NCBI GenBank assembly: GCA_001775095.1
Contig: MFCA01000029.1
Coordinates: 55,975 to 119,974 of the forward strand
Length of the DNA: 64,000 bases
Origin: Candidatus Curtissbacteria bacterium RIFOXYA1_FULL_41_14
Lineage (GTDB): Bacteria > Patescibacteriota > Microgenomatia > Curtissbacterales > GWA2-41-24
Reading direction: 5' to 3'
The first letter of the stretch is position 1. The number at the start of each line of letters is the position of its first letter. The notes under the pieces were generated by a model. That model did no database searches and was not told where the DNA came from. It saw only the letters and a list, made by a program, of their open reading frames with translations. Positions 19,052 to 28,566 of the stretch are shown here, in pieces. Position numbers and translations under genes: made by a program.

Positions 19052-19967
19052 ACGATTTTGCAAGCTCCTTTCTTCCCAAGAGACCAAAAACTATTATTCG
19101 TGCTAGTGCTCCTATTTTAAGTAAGAGACGGACAATTTGCAAAGAAAATTTGCCTTTGTATTTTTGGTAAAAATACAGGACAGCTTTGTATTCGCCAATA
19201 AATGCTGAGGTTGGAATTTTCCGACTTGACCCTCTGCCAATGTGAATGATTTTTGTTGTGGGTGTAAAGTAGATTTTATGTCCTGCATTTTTGATGCGCC
19301 AGCACCATTCAACTTCTTCCCCGTACATAAAAATCTTTTCATCTAAAGAATCTACTTTGGTAATAACATCTCTAGGGACTAAGATTGCCGCGCCTGTTAC
19401 CCAATCGACTTTCTGATCTTTTCTATAAAAACTGTCATGGTCGACATGATACGGTTTTAATAAAGTTCCGCCGGGAAGATCATCAATAAAACTCATCCAC
19501 CAGAAGACTTGGGGCAGATGAGGGAAGAATCCTACGGACTGTTGGATAGATCTGTCTTCATTTAATAATAACGGACCAATTGCTCCCAAGTCCCCTCTTA
19601 TGCTTCGAGCTTTGTCGAGAAGTTTCTCTAATGAGTTTTCAATTAAATAAGTATCTGAATTTAGAAGTAGAATATATTCCCCTTTCGCAATTTTAATTCC
19701 TTGATTATTGGCTTTAGTAAATCCCAAATTTGCTTTGTTGAGTATCAACTTCGCTTTCGGAAATTTCTCTTTCACCATTGTCTGACTGCCGTCTGTTGAT
19801 CCATTATCGGCAACAATAACCTCGAAACTGATGTTCTTTCCTCGCTTTTCGTCATCCCGAGCGTCAGCGAGGGATCTGTCATTATTCGTGTACCGATAGA
19901 TTGACTCAAGACAATCCTCGAGGAGCCTTTTTGTGTTCCAATTGACGATAATGACACTCAAGTCCAT
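19026..19967 (-). CDS. GT2 glycosyltransferase (WbbL-like) with an in-frame palindrome insertion
   Basis: Paralog of 13646-14533; DNGSTD, LLNSD, FMYGEEVEWC. Confidence 0.9.
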   Translation of the reverse strand: MDLSVIIVNWNTKRLLEDCLESIYRYTNNDRSLADARDDEKRGKNISFEVIVADNGSTDGSQTMVKEKFPKAKLILNKANLGFTKANNQGIKIAKGEYILLLNSDTYLIENSLEKLLDKARSIRGDLGAIGPLLLNEDRSIQQSVGFFPHLPQVFWWMSFIDDLPGGTLLKPYHVDHDSFYRKDQKVDWVTGAAILVPRDVITKVDSLDEKIFMYGEEVEWCWRIKNAGHKIYFTPTTKIIHIGRGSSRKIPTSAFIGEYKAVLYFYQKYKGKFSLQIVRLLLKIGALARIIVFGLLGRKELAKSYVEAFKAV

Positions 19968-20857
19968 ATTTTTCCTTTTGCTACCATAATATATCGATAA
20001 GAAGTTGCTAAAAAGACTCCCGTAATTATTAACAGTGCACCTAAAATCAGATTTAATTTAAGTTTTTCACCAAATAAAATAACCCCAAATATACTCGACA
20101 AAATCGTTTGCATATAGATATTAAGAGATGAAATAAAAGCCGATGTGTTCTTAATCAGAAATTGGTAACCTACAATAAATAGCAAAGCTATGATCGCTAA
20201 GCTCACTGCCATCAAATTTATTTTAAGATTAAAACTGTAGTTTAACTTCCCATTAGCTATTAAGGGTCCGAGGGCAAGAATGGAGATCATACATGCCACC
20301 ATAAAATTAGTGAGAGTAATTTCCCATGGATTAAATTTTCGAGTATTTTTTTTCGAGATGACAATATAAAGTGACCACGTAAGTACTGCAATACCTATTA
20401 AAAGATTGCCGAGTGGTCTGCCAAAAGATAAAATATCAGCCGTTTTGAATGAATTCCAAATTAATATGCTTACTCCAACCAAAGATAGGAGAAGACCAAC
20501 TATCTGGTTACCGGTTAATTTTTCTTTTAAGAAAAAATATCCGAGAATTGCCACTATTAAAGGGGTAAGCACATATAGGAGCATCCCCACTATTAAACTG
20601 GTGTATTGAATACCAATCGCATATAAAATTACATTGACTGAGAAAAGAATACCGGTACTGATCAAGAATTTATCAGAAATTAATTTCTTTATTAATTGTC
20701 TTTTAAATACAAACGGAGCAATTATCAAAAGACCGAGAAAGAAGCGAATTGCGACAATGGTTAATGGATCAAGATGAAATACTAATAACTTTACCAGAGT
20801 ACCAACGGTAGCTCCTATAAGGCTCGTTAAGAAAAATATGCCAAGATTTGAAAACAT
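19958..20857 (-). CDS. EamA/DMT-family transporter
   Basis: Two repeats of about 5 TMs each; IRF, LKEKL, FGEKL. Confidence 0.85.
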   Translation of the reverse strand: MFSNLGIFFLTSLIGATVGTLVKLLVFHLDPLTIVAIRFFLGLLIIAPFVFKRQLIKKLISDKFLISTGILFSVNVILYAIGIQYTSLIVGMLLYVLTPLIVAILGYFFLKEKLTGNQIVGLLLSLVGVSILIWNSFKTADILSFGRPLGNLLIGIAVLTWSLYIVISKKNTRKFNPWEITLTNFMVACMISILALGPLIANGKLNYSFNLKINLMAVSLAIIALLFIVGYQFLIKNTSAFISSLNIYMQTILSSIFGVILFGEKLKLNLILGALLIITGVFLATSYRYIMVAKGKIWT

Positions 20858-21453
20858 TATTGGAATAGCCTGGCGCGGCCGAGTTTGTAATGGGGGTCTT
20901 TGTTTTTTCGTTCTCCGATTACTTTGGCAGGAACGCCGCCGACAATTTCAAAAGGTTTAACCTCTGAGGTAACTACTGCACCGGCTGCTATCACTGAACC
21001 TTTGCCGATTTTTACCCCCGGCAAGATAGTCGCACGAGGACCAATAAAAACATAATCTTCTATTTCTACTTCCCCGTAGGTCGGATCAAAACCCTCAGAA
21101 TTGATATCGTGTTCCGAATTATAAATTAAAACTTGGGATGCTATATCTACATGGTTGCCAATTCGAAGCGGCGCTCGGCCATCTAAAAAACAGTGATCGC
21201 CTACAATTGTACCTTGGCCGATACGTACTCCATGAGGGTAAAAAAACCTAACACCCATATGTATAAATGAATGTTTCCCGATTTTGACGCCGGCTAGTCT
21301 TAGGAAAAAATTTCTAATTGAATGTAAGGGGATAAGCGCGCAAATCACTGCAAGAACCATTAGCTCGATATCCAAAAGAATATGGAAGACTCTTATAAGA
21401 ATTTTGGCAAGAACTTCCATTGCATTTAACTCCGTACCCATTCGGTCTTTCAT
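20857..21453 (-). CDS. Hexapeptide-repeat O-acetyltransferase
   Basis: IEDYVFIG..ATILPGVKIG..SVIAAGAVVT...VGGVPAK. Confidence 0.9.
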   Translation of the reverse strand: MKDRMGTELNAMEVLAKILIRVFHILLDIELMVLAVICALIPLHSIRNFFLRLAGVKIGKHSFIHMGVRFFYPHGVRIGQGTIVGDHCFLDGRAPLRIGNHVDIASQVLIYNSEHDINSEGFDPTYGEVEIEDYVFIGPRATILPGVKIGKGSVIAAGAVVTSEVKPFEIVGGVPAKVIGERKNKDPHYKLGRARLFQ

Positions 21454-21514
21454 ACCTACTAGACTATAATATCAGAATTTACTTTGCATATACTATATTC
21501 GAGCGGATCGCCTG

Positions 21515-21670
21515 ATAAACTTCCGAGGGCTAAAAGCCCTCGGTCCTGCCTGCCAGCAGGCAGGTATTGCCCTAAAAAGTTTACATGAGCGAGCAGAACA
21601 CTCGGAAGTATGTATTCGCTCCGCATTCATCCGTGGACTAAGAGTTCATGGTATTGAAGCGAGCGAATAT
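21515..21670. mobile_element. Non-autonomous IS200/IS605-end-like hairpin element (PATE/MITE-like), copy 1, with nested CCTGCCTGCCAGCAGGCAGG
   Basis: Hairpin CCGAGGGCT-AAA-AGCCCTCGG; homologous to 38008-38108. Confidence 0.6.
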
Positions 21671-21690
21671 AAAATCTGTCTTGATCCAAA

Positions 21691-22950
21691 TTATGAAGTT
21701 TTTTCCGAAGCAACTTTTTCGAGGACCTGTAGGGTAATTTTGGCGCATTTTTGCCAGGAAAAGTGCTTGATGTTGGAAAAACCATTTTTGACCAGGTCGG
21801 ATCTGATTTTTGGGTCAAGAGTCTTTTTAATACCGTCGGCTATTGACTGGATACTTTCAGGATTGATAAGTATGGCGCTACACCTAAGATCCACCCCTGG
21901 GGTGTTCTCAGGGTGACGTCCTGACTTCACCTCAGGGGTGAGCGAGTTGGCTCCTACTATTTCCGGCAGACTTGAGGTGTTGGAAACAACAACCGGCACT
22001 CCACAAGCTTGAGCCTCGATAACCGGAATACCAAAGCCTTCCCAAAGCGAAGGCAAGACGTAGGCTCGAGCTCCACTGATCAAAACTGGTAAGTCGGAAT
22101 CGGAAACGTAATCAGTAAAAATAACTTTGTTTTGTAGTCCCAAGGTCTTGACTTTTTTGAAAATTGAATCATAAAGCCAACCTTTCTTGCCGACAATCAC
22201 CAATAATAAGTTGTCGGTTATCGGTTTACGGTTCACGGTTTTTTTATTCCTGTGAACTGTGAACTGCCTGCCCTGAGCGAAGTCGAAGGGTGAACTGTGA
22301 ACTAGAATCTTGAAAGCTTCTAAAAGTCTTTCAAGATTCTTGCGCGGCTGGAGTGTACCGACAAAAATAATGTAATCGCTAGAAATTTTATATTTCTTTT
22401 TCATTCTATCAATAGAATATTTAGATTGCGGCTTGAAGCGATCTTTGTCATACCCCTCATAGGTGACAGTAATCTTCGAAGGAGCGACATTGTAATTTTT
22501 AACAATATCGTCTTTTGTAGTTTGCGAAACAGCAATGATATGGGTTGCTTTTTTGATGGAAGCTTTAGTACCAAAAGTCAGCTGAATAAGATCGCTTTTT
22601 TTAAAAAGTTCTGAATAATGTAGAAATGAAAGATCATGGATAGTTACTACTTGCGGCACTGGACAGATCCTTGGAAGGTAATGAGCAGTTGAGAAGTAAA
22701 CACTTGTTCTTTTGTTGACGATTAGGTGCAATGGTAAGGCGAGTTGAGTCCAGAACTTCCTAGGTCCGAGAACTTTGTACTGAAAGCTGGCAATAGGTTT
22801 TGGTAAATCAGGAAGTGGTTTGTCCTTAAGGTAAACAATAAACTGATGTCTTTTGTCTTTAACAAATTGCCAAAGTAGTTCAAAAGCGTATTGACCGGTA
22901 CCAACTCTGGTTCGTACATTTGCTTCATTTCCGTCTATTCCTATAAGCAT
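21691..22950 (-). CDS. GT4 glycosyltransferase with multiple in-frame repeat insertions
   Basis: TIHDL, QPRKN, PSLWEGFGIPVIEAQACG. Confidence 0.9.
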   Translation of the reverse strand: MLIGIDGNEANVRTRVGTGQYAFELLWQFVKDKRHQFIVYLKDKPLPDLPKPIASFQYKVLGPRKFWTQLALPLHLIVNKRTSVYFSTAHYLPRICPVPQVVTIHDLSFLHYSELFKKSDLIQLTFGTKASIKKATHIIAVSQTTKDDIVKNYNVAPSKITVTYEGYDKDRFKPQSKYSIDRMKKKYKISSDYIIFVGTLQPRKNLERLLEAFKILVHSSPFDFAQGRQFTVHRNKKTVNRKPITDNLLLVIVGKKGWLYDSIFKKVKTLGLQNKVIFTDYVSDSDLPVLISGARAYVLPSLWEGFGIPVIEAQACGVPVVVSNTSSLPEIVGANSLTPEVKSGRHPENTPGVDLRCSAILINPESIQSIADGIKKTLDPKIRSDLVKNGFSNIKHFSWQKCAKITLQVLEKVASEKTS

Positions 22951-22988
22951 AGTGATTAGTGATTAGTGATTAGTGATTAGTGATTAGT
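22950..22988. repeat. Perfect heptamer microsatellite (TAGTGAT)x5 abutting the start codon
   Basis: Direct reading. Confidence 0.9.
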
Positions 22989-23001
22989 CACTACACACTA
23001 T

Positions 23002-24141
23002 TCACTTTTCACTGCTTTTAACCACCTCCTCATAGACTTTTAAAGTTTCCTTAGCGGTCTTAATCCAGGTATATTGCCTTGCTCGATTTAGGCTAGCATT
23101 AACCATCTTCTGATAACTATCCAAGTTTAAATTTAAAACCATCTCGATTGCTCGCTTTATCTGGCTTTCGCTTCTTGGATCAACAAGAATTGCAGCATCC
23201 TTGGCAATTTCGGTCATGGAAGAATTATTGGAGGTAATTACCGGTGTACCACAAGCCATTGCTTCGAGAATTGGCAGACCAAATCCTTCATAAAGCGATG
23301 GATAAACAAAAACCCGGCACCCACTATAGAGTGCCGTAAGATCATCTCTCGGAATGAAACCTGTTGAAACAATTCGATCATTGTCCTTGAAACTAGGGTC
23401 TTGCCCCCATCCATGCTTCCCGGTTAAAACTAAACTTAAATTAGGATTTTCTTTCTGAATTTTTTCAAAGACATCGACTAATTTTTGAATATTTTTTCTC
23501 GGTTCCCAAGTTGCAACTGATAAAATGTAAGGCTTTTTAATTTTGTATTTTTCTAAAACTTCTTTTACTTTGTCATCATCCTGGGGTTTGAAAATCACAG
23601 AAGAAGCAAGATAGACGACGGTTACTTTTTCTTGGGGAATTTCTAAAAATTTCACAAGATCCTCTTTGGTCGTTTCGGAATCTGTAATAATCGCATCAAC
23701 TTCGGCTTTAACAATTTTAAGTCTTCGTTTCTGATTAGAAACTATTTTTGGGTGAGAAGAAGATGGAAAAAGATATGCAATCATGTCATGGACAGTGGTT
23801 ACTTTTTTTGTACGTTGCGACCTTACAGGGGGTTGCGTCCAATCGGATGAATGAAATACGTCAACTTCACCAAGAAATTTTTCTATGGGAAAGATATGCA
23901 ACTTATTCCAAAGAAATGCTAAAAGAAAGGGCGGATAATGGGTAATTTTGAACTCGACATTTTTGTATTGGGAAAGTTGTTTTTTGAAACCGGTCAATTT
24001 TTTATTGAGCCTCAGGGAAGATCCAAAAAGGATGTATTGATTTTTTCGATCAATTTTTAAGAGTGCTTCTACCAACTGCTTAGTATAATTTGAAACCCCG
24101 GTCCCGTAAACGATTTGAGAAATATCAATACCGATTTTCAT
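23002..24141 (-). CDS. GT4 glycosyltransferase (insertion-free paralog)
   Basis: EPRKN, YPSLYEGFGLPILEAMACG. Confidence 0.92.
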   Translation of the reverse strand: MKIGIDISQIVYGTGVSNYTKQLVEALLKIDRKNQYILFGSSLRLNKKLTGFKKQLSQYKNVEFKITHYPPFLLAFLWNKLHIFPIEKFLGEVDVFHSSDWTQPPVRSQRTKKVTTVHDMIAYLFPSSSHPKIVSNQKRRLKIVKAEVDAIITDSETTKEDLVKFLEIPQEKVTVVYLASSVIFKPQDDDKVKEVLEKYKIKKPYILSVATWEPRKNIQKLVDVFEKIQKENPNLSLVLTGKHGWGQDPSFKDNDRIVSTGFIPRDDLTALYSGCRVFVYPSLYEGFGLPILEAMACGTPVITSNNSSMTEIAKDAAILVDPRSESQIKRAIEMVLNLNLDSYQKMVNASLNRARQYTWIKTAKETLKVYEEVVKSSEK

Positions 24142-24887
24142 GCATCGAATTCTATCACAAAAACCCTCCGATAGCAGTTTCCGAAATTAGCAAATTTGAG
24201 TATCGGAATAAGCAGAAGGTAACCTTTGAGATATAAATAGTAGAGAAGCTTGCTTCTGGTTATCCAGGTTCTCATTAAAATATTACGAATAGCCAGATTT
24301 AAGTTGCCAGTTGAAGTAATTTTTGCATTTTTGCCCAATTTCCTCAGTGATTTATCTAAGTAGACTAAAATCTCGTCAGAGGTTGGAAGTCCGTTTCTAA
24401 TATGCTCTTCTAGAAAATGATTTTCTCTGTCAAAAACTTTACGCCAATACTTTTGGAGTTGTTTATCCTGATTTTGGGCTAATTCGCCGGTTGGTACTGC
24501 AATAACAGCTATTTTTTTAGCAACTCTTAATATTTCATATATTGCTTTCTCGCGTATATCTCTTTCTAAGTGCTCGATCACATCAACCGAAATGACAACG
24601 TCATAAGAGTTCTTTCGAAAGGGCAAATCATCAGCTTGACCTTTGATCTCATTTAATAAGTTTGTCCGAGGTCCGGAAAAGTCGATGTCTACAGCATCGA
24701 TTTCTCTTTTAAGATACGGGGTAATTCCAAGTGAACCAGACCCAACTTCAAGAATCTGAGAATTTAGTAAATTCCACTTTTTAATGGCCGAGACCACTGG
24801 TAAGTAACGAAGAGCCGCCTCAGGATGTTGTCTATAGAAATATCTATTAAAAAATTTCCTGGCAAGATTTTTAGCGCTTAAATTCAT
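24138..24887 (-). CDS. Class I SAM-dependent methyltransferase
   Basis: ILEVGSG, LPF..NSYDVV...DVIEH; start MNLSAK inferred. Confidence 0.82.
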   Translation of the reverse strand: MNLSAKNLARKFFNRYFYRQHPEAALRYLPVVSAIKKWNLLNSQILEVGSGSLGITPYLKREIDAVDIDFSGPRTNLLNEIKGQADDLPFRKNSYDVVISVDVIEHLERDIREKAIYEILRVAKKIAVIAVPTGELAQNQDKQLQKYWRKVFDRENHFLEEHIRNGLPTSDEILVYLDKSLRKLGKNAKITSTGNLNLAIRNILMRTWITRSKLLYYLYLKGYLLLIPILKFANFGNCYRRVFVIEFDA

Positions 24888-26304
24888 AAAGAAAGCCAAC
24901 TCCATTAAAATTATCAGTCTTTATGTTATTAAATCCGAGTTTTGTTAGCTCTTCAAAAACCAGACCCCGCGGGTCAGTAATTTGCGATAGATATTGGAAC
25001 AGAAAAATTCTATTTTTATTGCGTGTGAGGTCATCTAGTTTGTTTCTAACTTCAGATTGGCTGGGATTGAAATTTTCAAGCGCTCCGACTGCCTGGGTTT
25101 TTCCGCGATTATAATAATCAAATGGCCCGAAAGTATATGGTGACTCAAAAAGAATTAAGGAATTTTCATCAGAAGTCTTTTCAACATAAGAGGTAGCCTC
25201 TCGCCAATTTTCTCTCTGAAACCTTGGCATTGACAAATAAAATGCACTGGAAGTTAAGTTAATAATTAAGGCGAAGGACAGTAGAATCCTTATTAAGGGT
25301 TTCCAGTTGATGGTATTTATTGCCATCGACCAAATTAAATAGTAGGCACCTAAAATAAATATAAATCTAAAATATGAAAATACTGGAATAAAATAGGCCA
25401 AAATAAAACCGATTAGGATTGGTCCAAAAAACCAAAACCACAAAAAGAATCGCAGGTAGGACATTCGCAGCAAGGATAACAGGAAGAGGAATATTACGAA
25501 CAATGCAGCAGGAGCAAATAATAAAGCATAGATTAAATTATTATCATATGAGATTCTGCCGATTGTAAATTTGACAAATGTAACTGCCAGATTTTGTAAA
25601 TTGGGGGAGCCGACTATCTGTGCCCATGCTGGAGAGGCGGTTTTTGCTGATAAGCCTACCTGTAGCTGTTTGGGTAAGATAATTAACCAAGGCACGATTA
25701 ATATTAATATTAGGATGAACGCCGGAATAAAAGATTTTAAAGTACTTGAGGCAACTTTTTTTCTTCCGATTAATAAATAAAAGAGATATACGGGTATTAA
25801 TAAATAAGGAAGATAGTCTGTGTAAAGCATTAATGTGGTTGATATAACAAAACCAAACCACACCCAGAGGCTATCCTTTTTAAGGATTGAAATAAAAAAA
25901 TAGACAGAAAGACTTACTAAAGCCGCAGCAAGCATATACATTCGTGCCTCTTGAGAATAGTAAATATGTAGAGGAGAGGTCGCCAATAAAGTTGCACCAA
26001 TTAAGGCTGTCTTATTTTCAAATAATTTTTTGCCAATAAGATAAGTTATGAAAACAGTTGCGACACCTAAAATTACTGATGGCAACCTTACAGAAATTTC
26101 GGATGATCCAAACAGCAGAATCCACTCTCTAAGGATAAGATGATAAAGCGGTGGGTGAAAATCACTTAAAGAGTAATCAAAAAAAAGTGATTTAAAATTC
26201 AGCGCTCTGGCAACGTTTACATTAATTCCTTCATCCAACCAGAGACTTTGATTAAGACTAATAAATCTAATTACCAAAGCAATTAAAAGAACAATAAAGA
26301 TCAT
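24871..26304 (-). CDS. GT39/PMT-like GT-C membrane glycosyltransferase
   Basis: QSLWLDEG, DFHPPLY, RLPS, YYSQEARMY. Confidence 0.85.
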   Translation of the reverse strand: MIFIVLLIALVIRFISLNQSLWLDEGINVNVARALNFKSLFFDYSLSDFHPPLYHLILREWILLFGSSEISVRLPSVILGVATVFITYLIGKKLFENKTALIGATLLATSPLHIYYSQEARMYMLAAALVSLSVYFFISILKKDSLWVWFGFVISTTLMLYTDYLPYLLIPVYLFYLLIGRKKVASSTLKSFIPAFILILILIVPWLIILPKQLQVGLSAKTASPAWAQIVGSPNLQNLAVTFVKFTIGRISYDNNLIYALLFAPAALFVIFLFLLSLLRMSYLRFFLWFWFFGPILIGFILAYFIPVFSYFRFIFILGAYYLIWSMAINTINWKPLIRILLSFALIINLTSSAFYLSMPRFQRENWREATSYVEKTSDENSLILFESPYTFGPFDYYNRGKTQAVGALENFNPSQSEVRNKLDDLTRNKNRIFLFQYLSQITDPRGLVFEELTKLGFNNIKTDNFNGVGFLYEFKR

Positions 26305-26313
26305 TTTTATGCC

Positions 26314-27198
26314 TTATTTAAATTTTGGTTCTTGAAAAAAAGATCTAATTACGGAAACAAACACACCTAGATCGTAAATTATTTTGAAAACAACAAATGA
26401 CAATTGGCCCGTGACAGTTGACTTAAAAATTCCAATTAATATGGATACCAGTAAGTTATACAAAAATAGTGACCGAATTTTACGAAGTAGCGAACCACTA
26501 ATAAACTCATTTTTCCCAATCCAACGAGCTTGCTTGAAAACTTCCTTAAGAGATGTTGGGTTTGAGTGGAAATATACTGCACCAGGAGCCAAAGTCGATT
26601 TAATATTCAGTTTTCGAGAAAGACTCCAATCATCGGTATATTCACCAGTCGCATCGAAGCCTCCTACCTTATTAAATTCTTTTTTTAAAATTGCCCTGAA
26701 GACTGGTGCCTGATTCGGGTAATCTGGAGGTAACATTCGATCCTTGGGAACATTTCTGTTAATGTTCCAGCAAATTGACCAAATGTTATTATAATTAGCG
26801 ACCATTTCATTTTTTGAAAAAGTGCCGATCGTTCTGCTGTCTAGAATTGGATTAACTAAGTCTTTGATAAAATCCCTATCAAAGGTCATATCAGCATCCA
26901 CAAAAACGAGGATTTCGCCGTGGGCTTTCGATGCGCCAAGATTTCTAGCTGAGCCCGGACCTTTATGATTTTGCTCAAGCAATTGGAAATTGGAAATTGG
27001 AAATTCCCGACCTCGTCTCGACTTGGTCGAGGACGGGTTGAAATTTGAAATTATTCTGAGTGTCCTATCACTCGAGCCATCATCGACAAGAATAATTTCC
27101 ATTGGTTTATAACTCTGGCTTAAAAGTGATTGAAGACATCTTTTTATAACTTTCTCTTCGTTATAAACTGGGGTAACTATAGATATGAGATTATTCAT
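26314..27198 (-). CDS. GT2 glycosyltransferase with an in-frame heptamer-plus-palindrome insertion
   Basis: PVYNEE, VDDGSSD, ARN.G, FVDAD. Confidence 0.88.
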   Translation of the reverse strand: MNNLISIVTPVYNEEKVIKRCLQSLLSQSYKPMEIILVDDGSSDRTLRIISNFNPSSTKSRRGREFPISNFQLLEQNHKGPGSARNLGASKAHGEILVFVDADMTFDRDFIKDLVNPILDSRTIGTFSKNEMVANYNNIWSICWNINRNVPKDRMLPPDYPNQAPVFRAILKKEFNKVGGFDATGEYTDDWSLSRKLNIKSTLAPGAVYFHSNPTSLKEVFKQARWIGKNEFISGSLLRKIRSLFLYNLLVSILIGIFKSTVTGQLSFVVFKIIYDLGVFVSVIRSFFQEPKFK

Positions 27199-27203
27199 AA
27201 GTA

Positions 27204-28271
27204 TTATGAAATTGATAACTTATTAATAAGAGCTTGGTATTTTTGAGCCACTTTATTCCAGCTAAATTTTAGAGCTTGGGTGTAAGGAATATTTTTATAA
27301 TTTGTTTTTGCAGCAAGTTCTAGATCCTTGGCATACTGCTCAACGTTACCGGGATCAGTAAGAATTCCAGCGGGACCGATTATTTCAGCCCTGGAATCAT
27401 CTGCAGTGGTCACTACAGGGAGATTGCAGGCCATAGCCTCAACATAAGAAATTCCAAATGCTTCTGTTTTTGAAGCGAGAGTAAAAACATTTCCCGACCT
27501 GTAATAAGCAGGAATTTGCTCATAGGGCACCACTAATCTTAAATATCTTTTGCCTAAGAGCCTTTTGCCAAGAGTATCAATCATCCCATGCAACTGACCA
27601 TCTCCTAATATTAAAAGGCTTAAGTTTTTTGTCTTAGCAATAGCTTTAATGGTTAAATCCACTCTTTTATAGGGAACAAGGGCCGAAGCACAAACTGCTA
27701 TTGGCTTCGCTAGAGGCAAAGTCTTCGATTTAACCTTTGGATTGAAACGTGCCAGGTCAACTCCATTAGGAATTGTAACTATCTCGACCTCCGGAGCTAA
27801 CCGTTTTGCCCAGTCAGCCTCTGCCTTAGTTAAAGCTACAAAGACGTCAGGTCTAAAAAAAAGATTGGCGGCATCATCCGAGCCTATGCCCGCATGGCCA
27901 GAGGTTAAAATTTTTGCTCCTGTGATTTTCGTAACTATCCTAAAAACTAGTGTCTGCCATCCGCCGTTTAGGGGAATAATTAAATCGTATTTCCCTCTAT
28001 AGATCTTGAGTAAGGCTCTTAAGCTAAAAATCAATATTTTGACGGAACTCCAATCTAAATAAAATTTACTAAGTACGCCGCAAGTTGACTTTGGGGTACT
28101 GACGAACGATTTAATTTCTTCAACCCTATATTTTTGTGGTTTTGTATGGCCGGCCGCAAAAACCGTCACCTTATGTTTAACAGATAGACGTTTGCTAATT
28201 TCAAAAGCAAACGTTTCCACTCCCCTGTCGACTATCCCGGAATAGAAACTTAAAATAGCAATTTTATACAT
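27204..28271 (-). CDS. GT4 glycosyltransferase
   Basis: Start MYKIAILSF at 28271 (the track extension is repeat DNA); IPNGVD, EAFGISYVEAMAC. Confidence 0.88.
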   Translation of the reverse strand: MYKIAILSFYSGIVDRGVETFAFEISKRLSVKHKVTVFAAGHTKPQKYRVEEIKSFVSTPKSTCGVLSKFYLDWSSVKILIFSLRALLKIYRGKYDLIIPLNGGWQTLVFRIVTKITGAKILTSGHAGIGSDDAANLFFRPDVFVALTKAEADWAKRLAPEVEIVTIPNGVDLARFNPKVKSKTLPLAKPIAVCASALVPYKRVDLTIKAIAKTKNLSLLILGDGQLHGMIDTLGKRLLGKRYLRLVVPYEQIPAYYRSGNVFTLASKTEAFGISYVEAMACNLPVVTTADDSRAEIIGPAGILTDPGNVEQYAKDLELAAKTNYKNIPYTQALKFSWNKVAQKYQALINKLSIS

Positions 28272-28542
28272 ATTGGTAAAGTTTCTGCGGTCCTCGTTCC
28301 TCGATATCAGCCTTCGCCTTCGGCGAATCTGATATATCAGAGGAGTAATATTGAAACAAAGTTTCAAATTGATCTGCTGATATAAACTCGGAACTGCGGG
28401 CCTAAGAAACTTAAAATAGCAATTTTATACATATTGGTAAAGTTTCTGCGGTCCTCGTTCCTCGATATCAGAGGAGCAATATTGAAACAAAGTTTCAAAT
28501 TGATCTGCTGATATAAACTCGGAACTGCGGGCCTAAGAAACT
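28244..28542. repeat. Tandem duplication (161 + 131 bp) containing nested palindromes and the first 9 codons of the GT4 gene
   Basis: 28244-28404 matches 28405-28535 except for a 30-bp insert at 28311-28340 and one substitution. Confidence 0.9.
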
Positions 28543-28566
28543 AAGAATTGCGATCTTGGTTATTTT

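Noticed and set aside
22950-22988. Possible iterons or CRISPR repeats
   Set aside because: Contiguous 7-mers without spacers and no rep gene nearby.
28272-28367. N-terminal extension MKLCFNITPLIYQIRRRRRL... of the GT4
   Set aside because: It is translated palindromic repeat DNA; the family-typical start is at 28271. Extensions at 2500, 13594, 19087, 34048, 50114 and 56262 were trimmed for similar reasons.
28244-28542. Possible CRISPR array
   Set aside because: Only two long units, no unique spacers and no cas genes; it is a tandem duplication.
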